DNA of 64,000 nucleotides from a candidate division CSSED10-310 bacterium. Its GTDB lineage: Bacteria; CSSED10-310; JAFGJC01. The notes under the pieces were generated by a model. It saw only the letters and a program-made list of their open reading frames with translations. It did not search any database and was not told the origin of the DNA. The position numbers were made by a program, and so were the translations under genes. Positions 37,967 to 48,900 of this stretch are shown here, one piece after another; positions within the stretch are counted from its first letter, which is position 1, and each line of letters starts with the position of its first letter. The stretch is from the NCBI GenBank assembly GCA_016927905.1, contig JAFGLW010000010.1, positions 351-64,350 of the forward strand, in the 5' to 3' direction.

Positions 37967-39664
37967 ATGAATCATGTGGTCATACTGACCGGGGATACGA
38001 TCCGGAAAAAACTTGCAGGACCGGCCATCCGGTCGATGGAGATTGCCAGGGCCCTGTCGGCACAGCATAAGGTGACTCTGGCCTGTCCCCGGATCATCGA
38101 CCACCCGGCTGATGCGGAACTGGGATTTGCGGAATACGGAGACGCCGTCACCTATCATTTTCTTCAGACATTTGATGTTGCATTCGCCCCGTGTTCGCTT
38201 CTGCTGCCCGGAAAAATTCCCATTCCCATTGCTGTCGATCTTTATGATCCCTTCATTCTCTCGAATCTCCACCTGCTTATTGAACGTGAATCGATGAACG
38301 AAAAACGGTACGATCTCGAATTTGAAATATGCATTGCGAATCTTTTACATGGTGATTTTTTCGTATGTGCCAGCGAACGCCAGAGAGATTTCTGGCTGGG
38401 TGTTTTGGCCGGGTTGAAGCGTGTCAACCAGTTCAGCTATTCCATCGATCCCAACCTGATTCCGCTGATCGACATCCTGCCTTTCGGGATCTCAAACACA
38501 CCCCCGGAATCCGCGCCGGTTCCACCTTTTCCCGGCGCTTCCGATGCGGATCGCTGGGTTGTCTGGGCCGGCGGAATATGGAACTGGTTCGACCCGCTGA
38601 CCCTGATTCGGGCCATCGGCAGCGTTTCCAACCGGTCGCCCCGGATAAAGCTGTTTTTCATGGGTATTCGTCATCCGGATCCGGGGATTCCGGAAATGAA
38701 GCGTGCCCGGGAGACGATCGAGTTGGCTGAGCAGCTGGAACTCAGCGGCCGGAACATATTTTTCGGCGATTGGATCCCATACGAAAATCGGGGTCAATAT
38801 CTTTCCGCCGCATGGGTCGGAGTCAGCACCCATCATCCCCATCTCGAAACCAGATTCGCTTTCCGGACCCGGATCCTGGACTATATCTGGGCACGGATTC
38901 CCGTCATCTGCACCGAGGGGGATTCGATGGCGGACCTGATTGAGTCAGAACGGCTCGGGCTGACTGTGCCGCCCGAAAATCCGGATGCGCTCGCCCATGC
39001 ACTCGAACGGCTCGATTCGGATCAGGACTTTTATAGGGAATGCCGCCGGAATCTGAATCGAATTGCTCCGGATTTCCACTGGGGAAAACTGGTGACCCCT
39101 CTGGCAACATTCTGTGCCAATCCCAGAATCGCCCCGGACAAGGAGCAGGCCGCGTCATGGGTGGGATTGGAAACGGAAATGTTATGTGCCGGAAACGAAA
39201 AGACCAGTATCCCCGTCGGTGAAATCACGCACAACCGGCAGCTTGAACAATTGTTCGTGTGCCGCTGTGAAGGTCTGTCCAGGATCGATGTCAAATTTGC
39301 CACCTACGCCAGGCAGAATTCCGGCAGTATATTCGTCAGCCTGGATGATGCGGCTGAGGACATCAATCTGTTCCGGTTTCCATTAAACACCGCCGAAATC
39401 GAAGACAATGCCTGGCATTCATTCCGGTTCGGACCCATCCCGGAATCCCGGGGGAAAACCTTTCGTCTGCGGATTGATTCCAAGACGAGCCGGCCCGGCA
39501 ATGCCGTTACGGTATGGGCGGATGATGCCGCCGGTTCCGGATATTATTTCGGAAACCGGAAATATACAGGAAGCATAGCCTTCAGGATTTACTGCCGCGA
39601 TATCCCCACGGACAGCCAGCTGAGTGACCTTTTCAGAAGGATGTTTAAAAGGCGGTTTTTGTAA
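37967..39664 (+). CDS. GT-B (GT4-like) glycosyltransferase with an extra C-terminal beta-rich module
   Basis: AGPAIR, VDLYDP, WAGGIWNWFD and RTRILDYIWARIPVICTEGD motifs; start reset to ATG 37967 behind GGAGG. Confidence 0.8.
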   Translation: MNHVVILTGDTIRKKLAGPAIRSMEIARALSAQHKVTLACPRIIDHPADAELGFAEYGDAVTYHFLQTFDVAFAPCSLLLPGKIPIPIAVDLYDPFILSNLHLLIERESMNEKRYDLEFEICIANLLHGDFFVCASERQRDFWLGVLAGLKRVNQFSYSIDPNLIPLIDILPFGISNTPPESAPVPPFPGASDADRWVVWAGGIWNWFDPLTLIRAIGSVSNRSPRIKLFFMGIRHPDPGIPEMKRARETIELAEQLELSGRNIFFGDWIPYENRGQYLSAAWVGVSTHHPHLETRFAFRTRILDYIWARIPVICTEGDSMADLIESERLGLTVPPENPDALAHALERLDSDQDFYRECRRNLNRIAPDFHWGKLVTPLATFCANPRIAPDKEQAASWVGLETEMLCAGNEKTSIPVGEITHNRQLEQLFVCRCEGLSRIDVKFATYARQNSGSIFVSLDDAAEDINLFRFPLNTAEIEDNAWHSFRFGPIPESRGKTFRLRIDSKTSRPGNAVTVWADDAAGSGYYFGNRKYTGSIAFRIYCRDIPTDSQLSDLFRRMFKRRFL

Positions 39665-39665
39665 C

Positions 39666-40676
39666 ATGCACCGGACTTTCAATCGCAATCTGCTGCCGCC
39701 CGAAACCCTTCAGGCCATGCATGAGAATGTGCCCGATTTGAGCATCTGCCTGGTAAACTGGAACACGCGCGACCTGCTGCGGGATTGTATTCATTCCATA
39801 TACAACAACAGCGGATCGCTTTCGGTGGAGATATTCGTGATTGACAATGCCTCACGCGACGGTTCAGCCGAAATGATCATGAAGGAATTTGACCGGATCG
39901 TCCTGATCGTCAATCCGGAAAACAGAGGGTTTGCCTGTGCCAACAATCAGGGAATCGCGCTGTCGTCAGGCAGGAATATTCTCCTGATCAATCCCGATAC
40001 CCTGGTTCTCCCGGGTGCACTCGAACAAATGACCCGTTTTCTGGATCAGACACCCAACGCCGGAGCTGTCGCTGCAAAGCTGTTTAACCAGGACCGGAGT
40101 CTGCAATATTCCCTGAGACGGTTTCCCACTTACCTGACTCCATTCACCGAAAATCCGGATCTGAATCAGGTGCCTTTCATGCGCAAACACACGCGACGGT
40201 CCCAGATGGCGGAATGGGACCACAACGAAATTCGTTCCGTGGATCAACCAGCTGGAGCGGCACTGATGATTAAACGGGTCGTGATCGAAACCCTGGGTAC
40301 ACTGGATAAATCCTATCACATGTTTTTTGAAGATGTGGATGTCTGTTACAGAATAAAACGGAACGGCTGGCTGACATACTATCTGCCGGAAGCAGGTATT
40401 GTCCATTATGGAGGCCGGAGTGTCCGGCAGCGGCATAATGTGGGTGAGGAATTTTACAGGAGTCTGATCATCTATTTCCGGTCCCACCACGGCAGATGGG
40501 GTGAAAATCAGATCCGGGCATCCATGATTGCAGGTTCACTTATATATCTCGCCTATGCGTTTTTCCGGTATGCATTCGTTCCGCGGAAAGCGTTTTCGCT
40601 GGCCAAGACAGCATTGATGGTTCTGGGCTGCGGATTGCGATTCCGGGCGGATGTTCGGGAGCCGGCAGCCATTTGA
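39666..40676 (+). CDS. Glycosyltransferase family 2 (WbbL-like)
   Basis: VNWNTRDLL, DNASRDGS, NRGFACANN, LLINPD and FFEDVD motifs. Confidence 0.88.
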   Translation: MHRTFNRNLLPPETLQAMHENVPDLSICLVNWNTRDLLRDCIHSIYNNSGSLSVEIFVIDNASRDGSAEMIMKEFDRIVLIVNPENRGFACANNQGIALSSGRNILLINPDTLVLPGALEQMTRFLDQTPNAGAVAAKLFNQDRSLQYSLRRFPTYLTPFTENPDLNQVPFMRKHTRRSQMAEWDHNEIRSVDQPAGAALMIKRVVIETLGTLDKSYHMFFEDVDVCYRIKRNGWLTYYLPEAGIVHYGGRSVRQRHNVGEEFYRSLIIYFRSHHGRWGENQIRASMIAGSLIYLAYAFFRYAFVPRKAFSLAKTALMVLGCGLRFRADVREPAAI

Positions 40677-40698
40677 CGGCGGGTGAACGGTCAGGGGA

Positions 40699-41640
40699 AT
40701 GATAGTCAAGGAAAGCCCGGTTCGCGATCTGGCGCGGTTGGTCGTGTGGTACCCCATTCGATGGTCCATACGCTTGCTGCCGGTCCAAACCGCGTTTCGG
40801 CTGTTTTCAATGCTGGGGGATCTCCATCTGTGGTTTAGCCGGTCCCGGCTGGATCAGCTGGAAGAAAACTTCAGGCGCGGTCTGCCATCCATCCGGCCGG
40901 AAGCGATGGCCGGGATACTGCGAACTTATCTACGCAATCATTATCTCGACCGGCTGCATATATTCACCTATCCCAGACTGCGCCGGAAAACGGAACTCGA
41001 CGGAGTGTTGGTTCTTGCGGGAAGCGAACATCTTGACCGGATACTTGCGCTTGGAAAGGGGGCGATCATAGCCCTGGGACATTTCGGACCGATTCAGCTG
41101 CCGTTGTTCGCCATGGGAATGAACCGATACCGGATCACCCAGCTGGGATTACCGACCGCTGAGGGTCTCAGTTGGATCGGCAGGCATGTGGCATTCCGGT
41201 TGCGAGTGAAGTATGAGGGTATGATTCCGGCCAGGATACTGCCGGCAGACCGGTTTCTCAGGCCGCTGTTTCATACCCTGAGAAACAACGGAGTGGTTTT
41301 TATGACAATCGATCCAGCCGGCGGGGGACAATGGATCGGGCGCATGATCCGCATGCCGTTTTTAAACCGGATGGTACCGTTTCCGCTCGGGCCGGCCCAG
41401 CTTTCCCTCAAAACATGCGCACCCATTCTTCCCCTGTCCATACAACGCCTGGCGGACACCCGGTACCGATGCGAAATTCATCCGCCGCTGAAAATCCAGT
41501 CCCTTCATCCGTCTCCGATCGAACTGACCTCACACCTCGTCCGATGGTATGAAGACCGGGTTCTGCTGGATCCCGGATTGTGGCATTTCTGGGATGAATT
41601 TCAACCGGGTGGATTGCTGGAGAGCGATCAGCCGGATTAA
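40699..41640 (+). CDS. Lipid A lauroyl/LPLAT-family acyltransferase-like protein
   Basis: GSEHL...GKGAII..GHFG, GVVFMTID, F...V.FP.GP and P.LW.FW pattern. Confidence 0.75.
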   Translation: MIVKESPVRDLARLVVWYPIRWSIRLLPVQTAFRLFSMLGDLHLWFSRSRLDQLEENFRRGLPSIRPEAMAGILRTYLRNHYLDRLHIFTYPRLRRKTELDGVLVLAGSEHLDRILALGKGAIIALGHFGPIQLPLFAMGMNRYRITQLGLPTAEGLSWIGRHVAFRLRVKYEGMIPARILPADRFLRPLFHTLRNNGVVFMTIDPAGGGQWIGRMIRMPFLNRMVPFPLGPAQLSLKTCAPILPLSIQRLADTRYRCEIHPPLKIQSLHPSPIELTSHLVRWYEDRVLLDPGLWHFWDEFQPGGLLESDQPD

Positions 41641-42881
41641 GACACGTTCCGGATGGCTTCGATACGTTCCTTCAATCCCGGATGGGAAAAATAATACGCA
41701 GCATACCAGGGATGCACGATTGGATTCGACAGGTTGTTTTCGTGCAACGCCTGCAAAGAACGGATCAGGGGTGCCGAATCACCCGTCTCTCTAACGGAAA
41801 ACCGGTCCGCGGCAAATTCATGCCGTCTGAGCAGGGATGTCACCAGAAACTGAAACGGATAAGTCGTTTCGGAAAATATCATGCTGAAAATCAACAGCGC
41901 AGCATAGTGTGAGGGTTCGGGGAACCCGAAACTCGGATACAGAACCGGAATGTGCTTCAAATATGCCATGAATGCCAGAAAGACCAGCAGACCGCTTTGC
42001 GATAATATCATGATCCGGCGCACGTGCCCCAGTTTGAAATGACCCATTTCATGTCCCAGAACAGCCAGAATCTGATCCGGTTGCATTTTGTGTAGCAGCG
42101 TATCGTAAAAAACGATCCGCTTGAATCTGCCCAGTCCCGTGAAATAGGCATTGGTGTGGGTCGAACGTTTTGAACCGTTCATGGTGTAAATTCCACGGAT
42201 GTCGAATCCGACTTTTCTGGATAACCGGTCGATGGAATCGGCAAGCTCTCCCTGAAGCGGTGTGAAGGTATTGAACAGGGGAGCGATCCATACCGGGTAA
42301 ATCCAATGCACGAAAAACTGGAACAACGTGATCCCGGCAAATGCCCAGATCCACCACCAGAAACCGGCATGCTCCATCAGAAGAAGCATACCGGTCAGCA
42401 ACGGCAGTCCAAGCAGTATCGAGACCAGAACCGTTTTCAGAAGATCGGTGAAAAACAGACCGGGAGTTTTGCGGTTGAAACCGTACCTGGATTCAAGCTT
42501 GAAATCCTCGTAAAGCGAGAAGGGGAGATCCAGGAGCAGGTGGATCGTCCCCACAGCACTCAGAAACAATATCCCGCTCCACAGACCGCTCAGATCCAGA
42601 GAGCGGATCCACGCGTCAAGACATGCGAACCCGACCAGGATGAATACCCAGTGCACGATGGTGCCGAAAAACCGTCGAATCAGATTGAAATCAGCCGTGT
42701 CTTCATCGTATGCAATGCATTTCTGGAACCGGTCGGAATCCATGTGTTCCGCCAGAACATCCGGCACTTCGTGCGAATGTTGCCGGATCCAGCGGATATT
42801 GAGACGGTTCAGCAGTGTCTCCCAGGCCTGGCGTATTCCATACAACACAGCATAAATTGCAGTAATCAAAGTAAATTCCAT
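41637..42881 (-). CDS. M48-family (Ste24-like) zinc metalloprotease
   Basis: NAYFTG, HEMGH, EFAAD and SHP motifs. Confidence 0.92.
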   Translation of the reverse strand: MEFTLITAIYAVLYGIRQAWETLLNRLNIRWIRQHSHEVPDVLAEHMDSDRFQKCIAYDEDTADFNLIRRFFGTIVHWVFILVGFACLDAWIRSLDLSGLWSGILFLSAVGTIHLLLDLPFSLYEDFKLESRYGFNRKTPGLFFTDLLKTVLVSILLGLPLLTGMLLLMEHAGFWWWIWAFAGITLFQFFVHWIYPVWIAPLFNTFTPLQGELADSIDRLSRKVGFDIRGIYTMNGSKRSTHTNAYFTGLGRFKRIVFYDTLLHKMQPDQILAVLGHEMGHFKLGHVRRIMILSQSGLLVFLAFMAYLKHIPVLYPSFGFPEPSHYAALLIFSMIFSETTYPFQFLVTSLLRRHEFAADRFSVRETGDSAPLIRSLQALHENNLSNPIVHPWYAAYYFSHPGLKERIEAIRNVS

Positions 42882-42895
42882 CGGATATCCCGGAT

Positions 42896-45800
42896 TTAAT
42901 CCTCTATCAGGTCTACCGAAGCGGTCTGGTGTTTCTGAAGGCCCGGAACAAGTGAAACGACCAGTCTTTTCAACGATTCCTGCAGGTCGTCCATGAATGT
43001 ATAGATCAGCGGGATGATCAGGAGTGTAAGCAGGGTTGAAACCAGGAGACCGCCCATGACTGTGATGGCCAGTCCGGAATAGAAGTGACCGGAGGCCGAC
43101 GCACCGGAAAAAGCCATCGGCGCCAGACCCAGAACCGTGGTTGCGGCCGTCATGACAATAGGCCGGAATCGGTCCTGGCCGCCCTGACGGATCGCTTCGT
43201 TCATTTGTAAACCGCCGGTCCGGAGCTGATTGATGTGGTCGACCAGAACAATCGCGTTGTTGACCACGATCCCGATCAGCAGCACCAGACCGATGCTGGA
43301 TCGGATGTCCTGGGTCGTTCCGGTGAAAAACAGCGTCCAGTAGACACCGATCATGGCAAACGGCAGACTAAAGATGATGGTGAATGGGTGAAGCAGCGAT
43401 TCGAACAGCGCTCCCAGCAGAAGAATGACCAGGATCAAGGCCAGCATGAAAGCCTGATTGAATTCCTTCATACCCAGATCGAACTGGCGGAATGATCTTC
43501 CGTAACTCCATGTATATCCGGATGGAAGTTTGAATGCATTCAGCCCCCGCTCAATCCTCGACCGGATGTCGGCAACATCATCGGTGTCGAACTCGATCTG
43601 GATCACATGATGGATTTTTCCGTCAAGCCGGGTCACTTCTCCTCGTCCCGGCTCAACGCTGAAATCGGCCAGCGTCCTCAGGGCATATCCCTGAGCATTA
43701 TCGTTGTATATAATCAGATTTTTCAGATCCTGGAAACTTTTCCGGTCCGATTCACCCAGTTGAAGAATGACATCGATTTCCTGATCATTTTGCTTGAATC
43801 TGGGGAGCTGCTGGCCCATGAGTCCCGTTGCCACGGTTCGGGCTATCTGGACCGGGGAAATACCGACTCGACGAGCGGTTTCACGTTGAATTACGAGATG
43901 AATCTCATCCATCGGATTAGCCTCCCGGGTTCTGACTTCAACAACGCCGGGAATGGCTTCGATGTATGGGCGTACATCTTCCGCAAGCTGCGCCAGAACG
44001 CTGCTGGAGTTACCCTGGAGCGTTATATCGACTTCGCGCCCGCTGCTGCCCTGATCCCCCTGCCATCCGAACCACCATCGTACTCCGGGTATCTGCGGGA
44101 ACAACTCCCGCACCCGCTCCTTGATCTCCGAATCGGTCAGCAAGCCCTTTCCATCGGACCTTAAAAACAACCGGAGATGCCCGTCGTTTTCACCGATCCG
44201 GGTGCCGACATTCATGACATCCAGTTCTTCGCGGTGATCCAGAATAATCGATTCCAGATCGGTCATGATTTTTTCGGACTCTTCCAGGATATAATTCCGG
44301 GGCATTAAAATCCGGATGAACAGCTGGCGTTCGCCGCCCCCTTCCTCCATACTCTTTTCAACACGTGAATATGGGTAACTGACCGAAACCAGTAAAACGG
44401 TGACAATTAAAAATGCGTGAATCCGGTGATTGAGAACCCACTCAAGAATTTTCAGATACCTTCCCGTCAGCCAGGGTATTATCCGGCTGGAAAGACTGTG
44501 ATCTCTTCTCACGATCCGCGTCATGGCCAGAGGCACGATAGACAGCGCGATAAGCAGAGAAGCCAGCAGGGAAAACGTGATCGGCATGCCGATCTGTTTC
44601 ATCCAGATACCGATTTCACCTCTCCCGAACACCATGGGCAAAAAAACGATAATGGTGGTCAGCGTCGATGCCGTGATGGCCGTTCCAACCCGCCCGGCAC
44701 CCTGAATACTGGCTTCCTCCGGGGTCATCCCGTTGCCCCGCAGCCTGAAGATGTTTTCCGATACCACGATGGAATTGTCCACCAGCATTCCGATCGCCAG
44801 CATCAGGCCCATCATCGTTGCGACATTCAGTGAGAAATTCAGAAAATAAAGGCATATCATGGCCGCCAGGATGGATACCGGAACGGCCATGACAATGATC
44901 AGCATGGCGTTGAAATGACGGATGAAGAAAAACAGGACGACGCAGGCGAACAATGCACCCCATAATCCGGCGCTGCGAAGACTCCGCAGTGATTCCACAA
45001 TCCACTCGGCCTGATTGAAGAAATGGATGAATGTCAGTCCCTGGAGGTCCGGGTCCTTCATCAGATCCTCCAGGGTTTCGTTGATCCGTTCCGCAACTTC
45101 CACCGTATTGGCCAGGGCATTTTTCTGAATGGATATGGTTGCGCCTTCCCTGGCATTTATCCGGAACACCCGGCGTTGATCGGGAATGCGCGAGTCGATG
45201 TCAGCTATATCTTCAAGTTTGAGTGAACCGTTCTGTACCGGCAGATTCCGGTACTCCTCGATGCTGTCCAGACGGTACCGGGTCCTTAGAATATACCGGC
45301 CGGAAGAATCCTGCAGCGTTCCGATGGAAGGATTGCGGTTGGTCGTCAGCAGATCCCCATAAACTCTCGAAATATCAATATTGTGCGCTCGAACCCGGTT
45401 CAAATCCAGATCAATAAACAGTTTCTCGGACTCGAACCCGTGAGTTTCCACCAGCGCCACTCCCGGAACCCGCTCCAGAGTCGGTTTGATGCGGTTTTCC
45501 AGCAGAACATGTGTTGATTCCGAATCGTTGTTCACGGACAGGCCGCACCACATGATCGGCCAGTCGGAACTCTTATTATGGTGCAGACTGATCCGGTCGG
45601 TGTTTCGGGGGAATTTCCGTTTTGCCCGTTCGCAGGCGTCCCGCACATCGACTGTTGCGACGTCCATGTCCGTGTTGGTTTCAAACTGCAGATTCGCGGA
45701 ACAACCCTGTGTGGAGGATTGGATTTCCATTCGGGTCAACCACCGGACCTGTTTCAACTCATCTTCCAGAACCTCACCGATCAGGTGATCGGTTTCCTCC

Positions 45801-45988
45801 GGGGTGGAATTGGGATAGCTGACCCAGCACCACAACCAGGGATTGGTCGTTTCCGGAGCGAATTCAAGAGGGATTTGATACGTAGAAATAATGCCCACAA
45901 CCACGATGCTGACGAAAAGCATGAACACGGTTACAGGGCGCTTGTGCGCCCATGCGGGAAGGGGATGATGAAATCGCAGATCGCTCAT
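42896..45988 (-). CDS. RND efflux permease subunit 2
   Basis: GMLVDNSIVV, VNNAIVLVD and RFRPIVMT motifs. Start reset to ATG 45988 (ATGA overlap with the upstream RND gene). Confidence 0.9.
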   Translation of the reverse strand: MSDLRFHHPLPAWAHKRPVTVFMLFVSIVVVGIISTYQIPLEFAPETTNPWLWCWVSYPNSTPEETDHLIGEVLEDELKQVRWLTRMEIQSSTQGCSANLQFETNTDMDVATVDVRDACERAKRKFPRNTDRISLHHNKSSDWPIMWCGLSVNNDSESTHVLLENRIKPTLERVPGVALVETHGFESEKLFIDLDLNRVRAHNIDISRVYGDLLTTNRNPSIGTLQDSSGRYILRTRYRLDSIEEYRNLPVQNGSLKLEDIADIDSRIPDQRRVFRINAREGATISIQKNALANTVEVAERINETLEDLMKDPDLQGLTFIHFFNQAEWIVESLRSLRSAGLWGALFACVVLFFFIRHFNAMLIIVMAVPVSILAAMICLYFLNFSLNVATMMGLMLAIGMLVDNSIVVSENIFRLRGNGMTPEEASIQGAGRVGTAITASTLTTIIVFLPMVFGRGEIGIWMKQIGMPITFSLLASLLIALSIVPLAMTRIVRRDHSLSSRIIPWLTGRYLKILEWVLNHRIHAFLIVTVLLVSVSYPYSRVEKSMEEGGGERQLFIRILMPRNYILEESEKIMTDLESIILDHREELDVMNVGTRIGENDGHLRLFLRSDGKGLLTDSEIKERVRELFPQIPGVRWWFGWQGDQGSSGREVDITLQGNSSSVLAQLAEDVRPYIEAIPGVVEVRTREANPMDEIHLVIQRETARRVGISPVQIARTVATGLMGQQLPRFKQNDQEIDVILQLGESDRKSFQDLKNLIIYNDNAQGYALRTLADFSVEPGRGEVTRLDGKIHHVIQIEFDTDDVADIRSRIERGLNAFKLPSGYTWSYGRSFRQFDLGMKEFNQAFMLALILVILLLGALFESLLHPFTIIFSLPFAMIGVYWTLFFTGTTQDIRSSIGLVLLIGIVVNNAIVLVDHINQLRTGGLQMNEAIRQGGQDRFRPIVMTAATTVLGLAPMAFSGASASGHFYSGLAITVMGGLLVSTLLTLLIIPLIYTFMDDLQESLKRLVVSLVPGLQKHQTASVDLIED

Positions 45989-48900
45989 CGGGTCTCCCGG
46001 CTGACAAGCCGATAAACGATCGGGATGATGATCAGGGTCAGAAATGTCGATGCGATCAGACCCAGGATGACGGTTGCAGCGAGCGGTGTCCGGATTTCGG
46101 ATCCGGGGCCGGTTTGAAGCGCCATGGGTAGCAATCCCAGAATCGTGGTCATCGCCGTCATGAGAATCGGTCTGAACCGGACAGATCCGGCATTGAGAAG
46201 CGCTTCCCGGACCGACTGGCCGCCTCGGCGCATCTGGTTGACCGTATCGATCAGAACAATCGCGTTGTTCACGGCAATTCCGGCCAGAACGATCATGCCC
46301 ATGAAAACGACGACGGAAAGGGGAATATTCAGGATCCACAATCCGATCAGAACCCCGATGACCGCCATCGGAATGGAAAGGATAATAATCAGGGGATGTA
46401 TCAGGGATTCAAATTGCGAAGCCATCACCAGATATACCAGAAAAATGGCCAGCAGCAGGGCGAAACGAAGCGAACGGACGGATGTGTCCATCTCCGAACT
46501 CTGACCGACGACCGCATATGTGACGCCTGTCCCGGGAGGGATCGAATTCAATACCGATTCCACCTTCTTCAGAGCGCTCTTTAAATCCAGCAGCCGGACA
46601 TCCGCCCGGACAAGCGCTACCCGGTGTTGATCGACCCGCCGGATTTCACTGGGACCGACGATTTCCCGGATGTCCGCCACAGACGAAAGCTGGACCTGCG
46701 ACCCGGCTCCGGGATTGATTACCATCTGTTTCAGAGCATTCAACGACAGGCTGCGCTCCCGTTTTGCCCGGACGCGCACATCGATTTCATTCCCGTATTC
46801 CCCGAAATCCGTAGGTATTTCACCTTCCACAGTGTTATGGAGAAAACCGGCGATCATGGCGGGCGAAAGACCCAGCCGCGCCAGTTTCAGCCGGTCGAAC
46901 ACAATCTGAACCTCAGGATATCCGGGTTCAAGAGTGGAAAAAACATCCGCAAACTCCGAATGGCGGTTCAGATCCTCCACGATCCGGTTGGCATTTTGAA
47001 AAAGCATGTCCAGATTGTATCCCCGCACTTCAATCTCCAGGGGGGTTTTCAATGAGAACAACGACGGCCGCCTGAATTTGCTTTTTTCAATACCCGGGAT
47101 GGTCTGGAGTTTTCCGCGGAGATTTTCCGTGAGACGGTATTCCTGTCGTGAGGATGCGTATTCCGGTTTCAGCACGACCTGTATGGTGGCCAGATTCTCC
47201 CGTTCCGTTCCGACTGTCAGCAGTTCCCCTGAAGATGAACCGATCACCGCTGAAACCAGATCGACCTGGGGCATCCCGGTCAGGTATTCCTCCACCCGGT
47301 ACACGATCGCTTCGGTTTTTTCCAGGGGCGTACCTACCGGCATCTTGATATCGATATAGAACTCACCCTGGGCGAAAGACGGGATCAGATTCATTCCCAG
47401 TCGGGGAAACACCAGCACGATCGTCCCCGCCAGAACGGCCAGACAAACCAGCAGGATTGCCCGGGAATGCCGGAACGATGTTTGAAGTAATTCGATATAA
47501 AGCGTTCGGGATCTTCGGAGAAGAATATCGAACAGATTCAGGACGGGGTCCAGCAGCAGCTTGATGAATTTCCACAACGTCCGGAATGAAGCCAGGATCG
47601 GCAACAGGATGAAATAGAGGATATGCAGGAGCAGAAAACCGGTGATTTGAAGAAGGATATTGACCGGGAATACGATCAGTTTCAACAATGTCAAAAGGGC
47701 AAGCCCGAACCATCGCAATGTCCTGCCGCGGATAGCCGGATACCGCCAGGTCGTTTTCCAGATCGTTCCGAACCATCGCACGGCATCTTGGCGGGTGCAC
47801 CGAAGGAATGCCGCAGGCACTTTCCAGAATGATACGGCACCCTGACCGGGTGGTTGATACCGATTCAGCGTCTTTCGAATCTTTCCTGTGAACCATATCG
47901 GGGAAATACGTGCGGATATCCTTCCGATTTCGATGGAAGTGATCATCGGTATCAGGCTCAGAGCGACAATCAGTGAAGCCAGAAGACTGAACGCGACCGT
48001 CCAGGCCAGATCCTGGAAAATCTGTCCGGCAATACCGCTTACGAATACGATCGGGAAAAATACGGCGATGGTGGTCAGAGTAGACGCCGTGACCGCGGTG
48101 GCGACATCTTCTCCTCCCTGGTGGGCGGCTGCCGGCGCGGATTCGCCCGATTCCCTGCGCCTGAATATGTTCTCCAGAACCACAATAGCGTTATCCACCA
48201 GCATTCCGACGCCCAGGGCGATCCCCCCGAGACTCATCAGGTTCAGACTGATATTCTTGAAAAACATCAGCGTAAAAGTGGCGATGATGGAGATGGGGAT
48301 AGCCAGGGCGACCGTCAGGGTATGCGGCAGGCTGCGTAAAAACAAAAACAGGATGACTACGGCCAGAAGGCTTCCCAGAACGGCCGTCTGTTTGACCTCG
48401 TCAATGGCCGCCCTGATAAAGACGGATTGATTGGAGATGATCTTGAGTTCTACTTTTTCCGGCAGGAGATCCATCAGTGATTTCCCGCGGGACAGAATGG
48501 ATCGGCTGCGCGCACCGATTTCGCCCGTCACCCTGTCGGCGACTTCGATGATGTTCGCATCGCCTTCCTTGTAAATATCAATTTCCACGCTTTCCCGGCC
48601 GGCCAGATGCGTGATGGATTTTTTTTCGACCGGGATCCGGACGATTGCGGCGATATCTCTCAGACGGATCACCGCGGTTCCGGAAACGCCGACGACAATG
48701 TCCCCGATTTCGGATATATCCCGGAATTCGTTCATGATCCTGACCAGATAATTGGTGTCCGCATCTTCCAGGATGCCTCCGGGCAGATTGATGTTCTCTT
48801 CTCTCAACCGGCTGGAAACCCGGTCGAATGAAATCTGGTAAGACGCCATTTCCCTCAGATCCAGTTCAATCCGGATCTCCTCCTTGTCTCCACCCAGTAT

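Noticed and set aside
45989-46339. N-terminal extension of the second RND in the ORF track (similar extensions for the OPT gene, oppF, cobB and the HAD gene)
   Set aside because: They overlap neighbouring genes or lack an RBS; downstream starts have RBS or ATGA coupling
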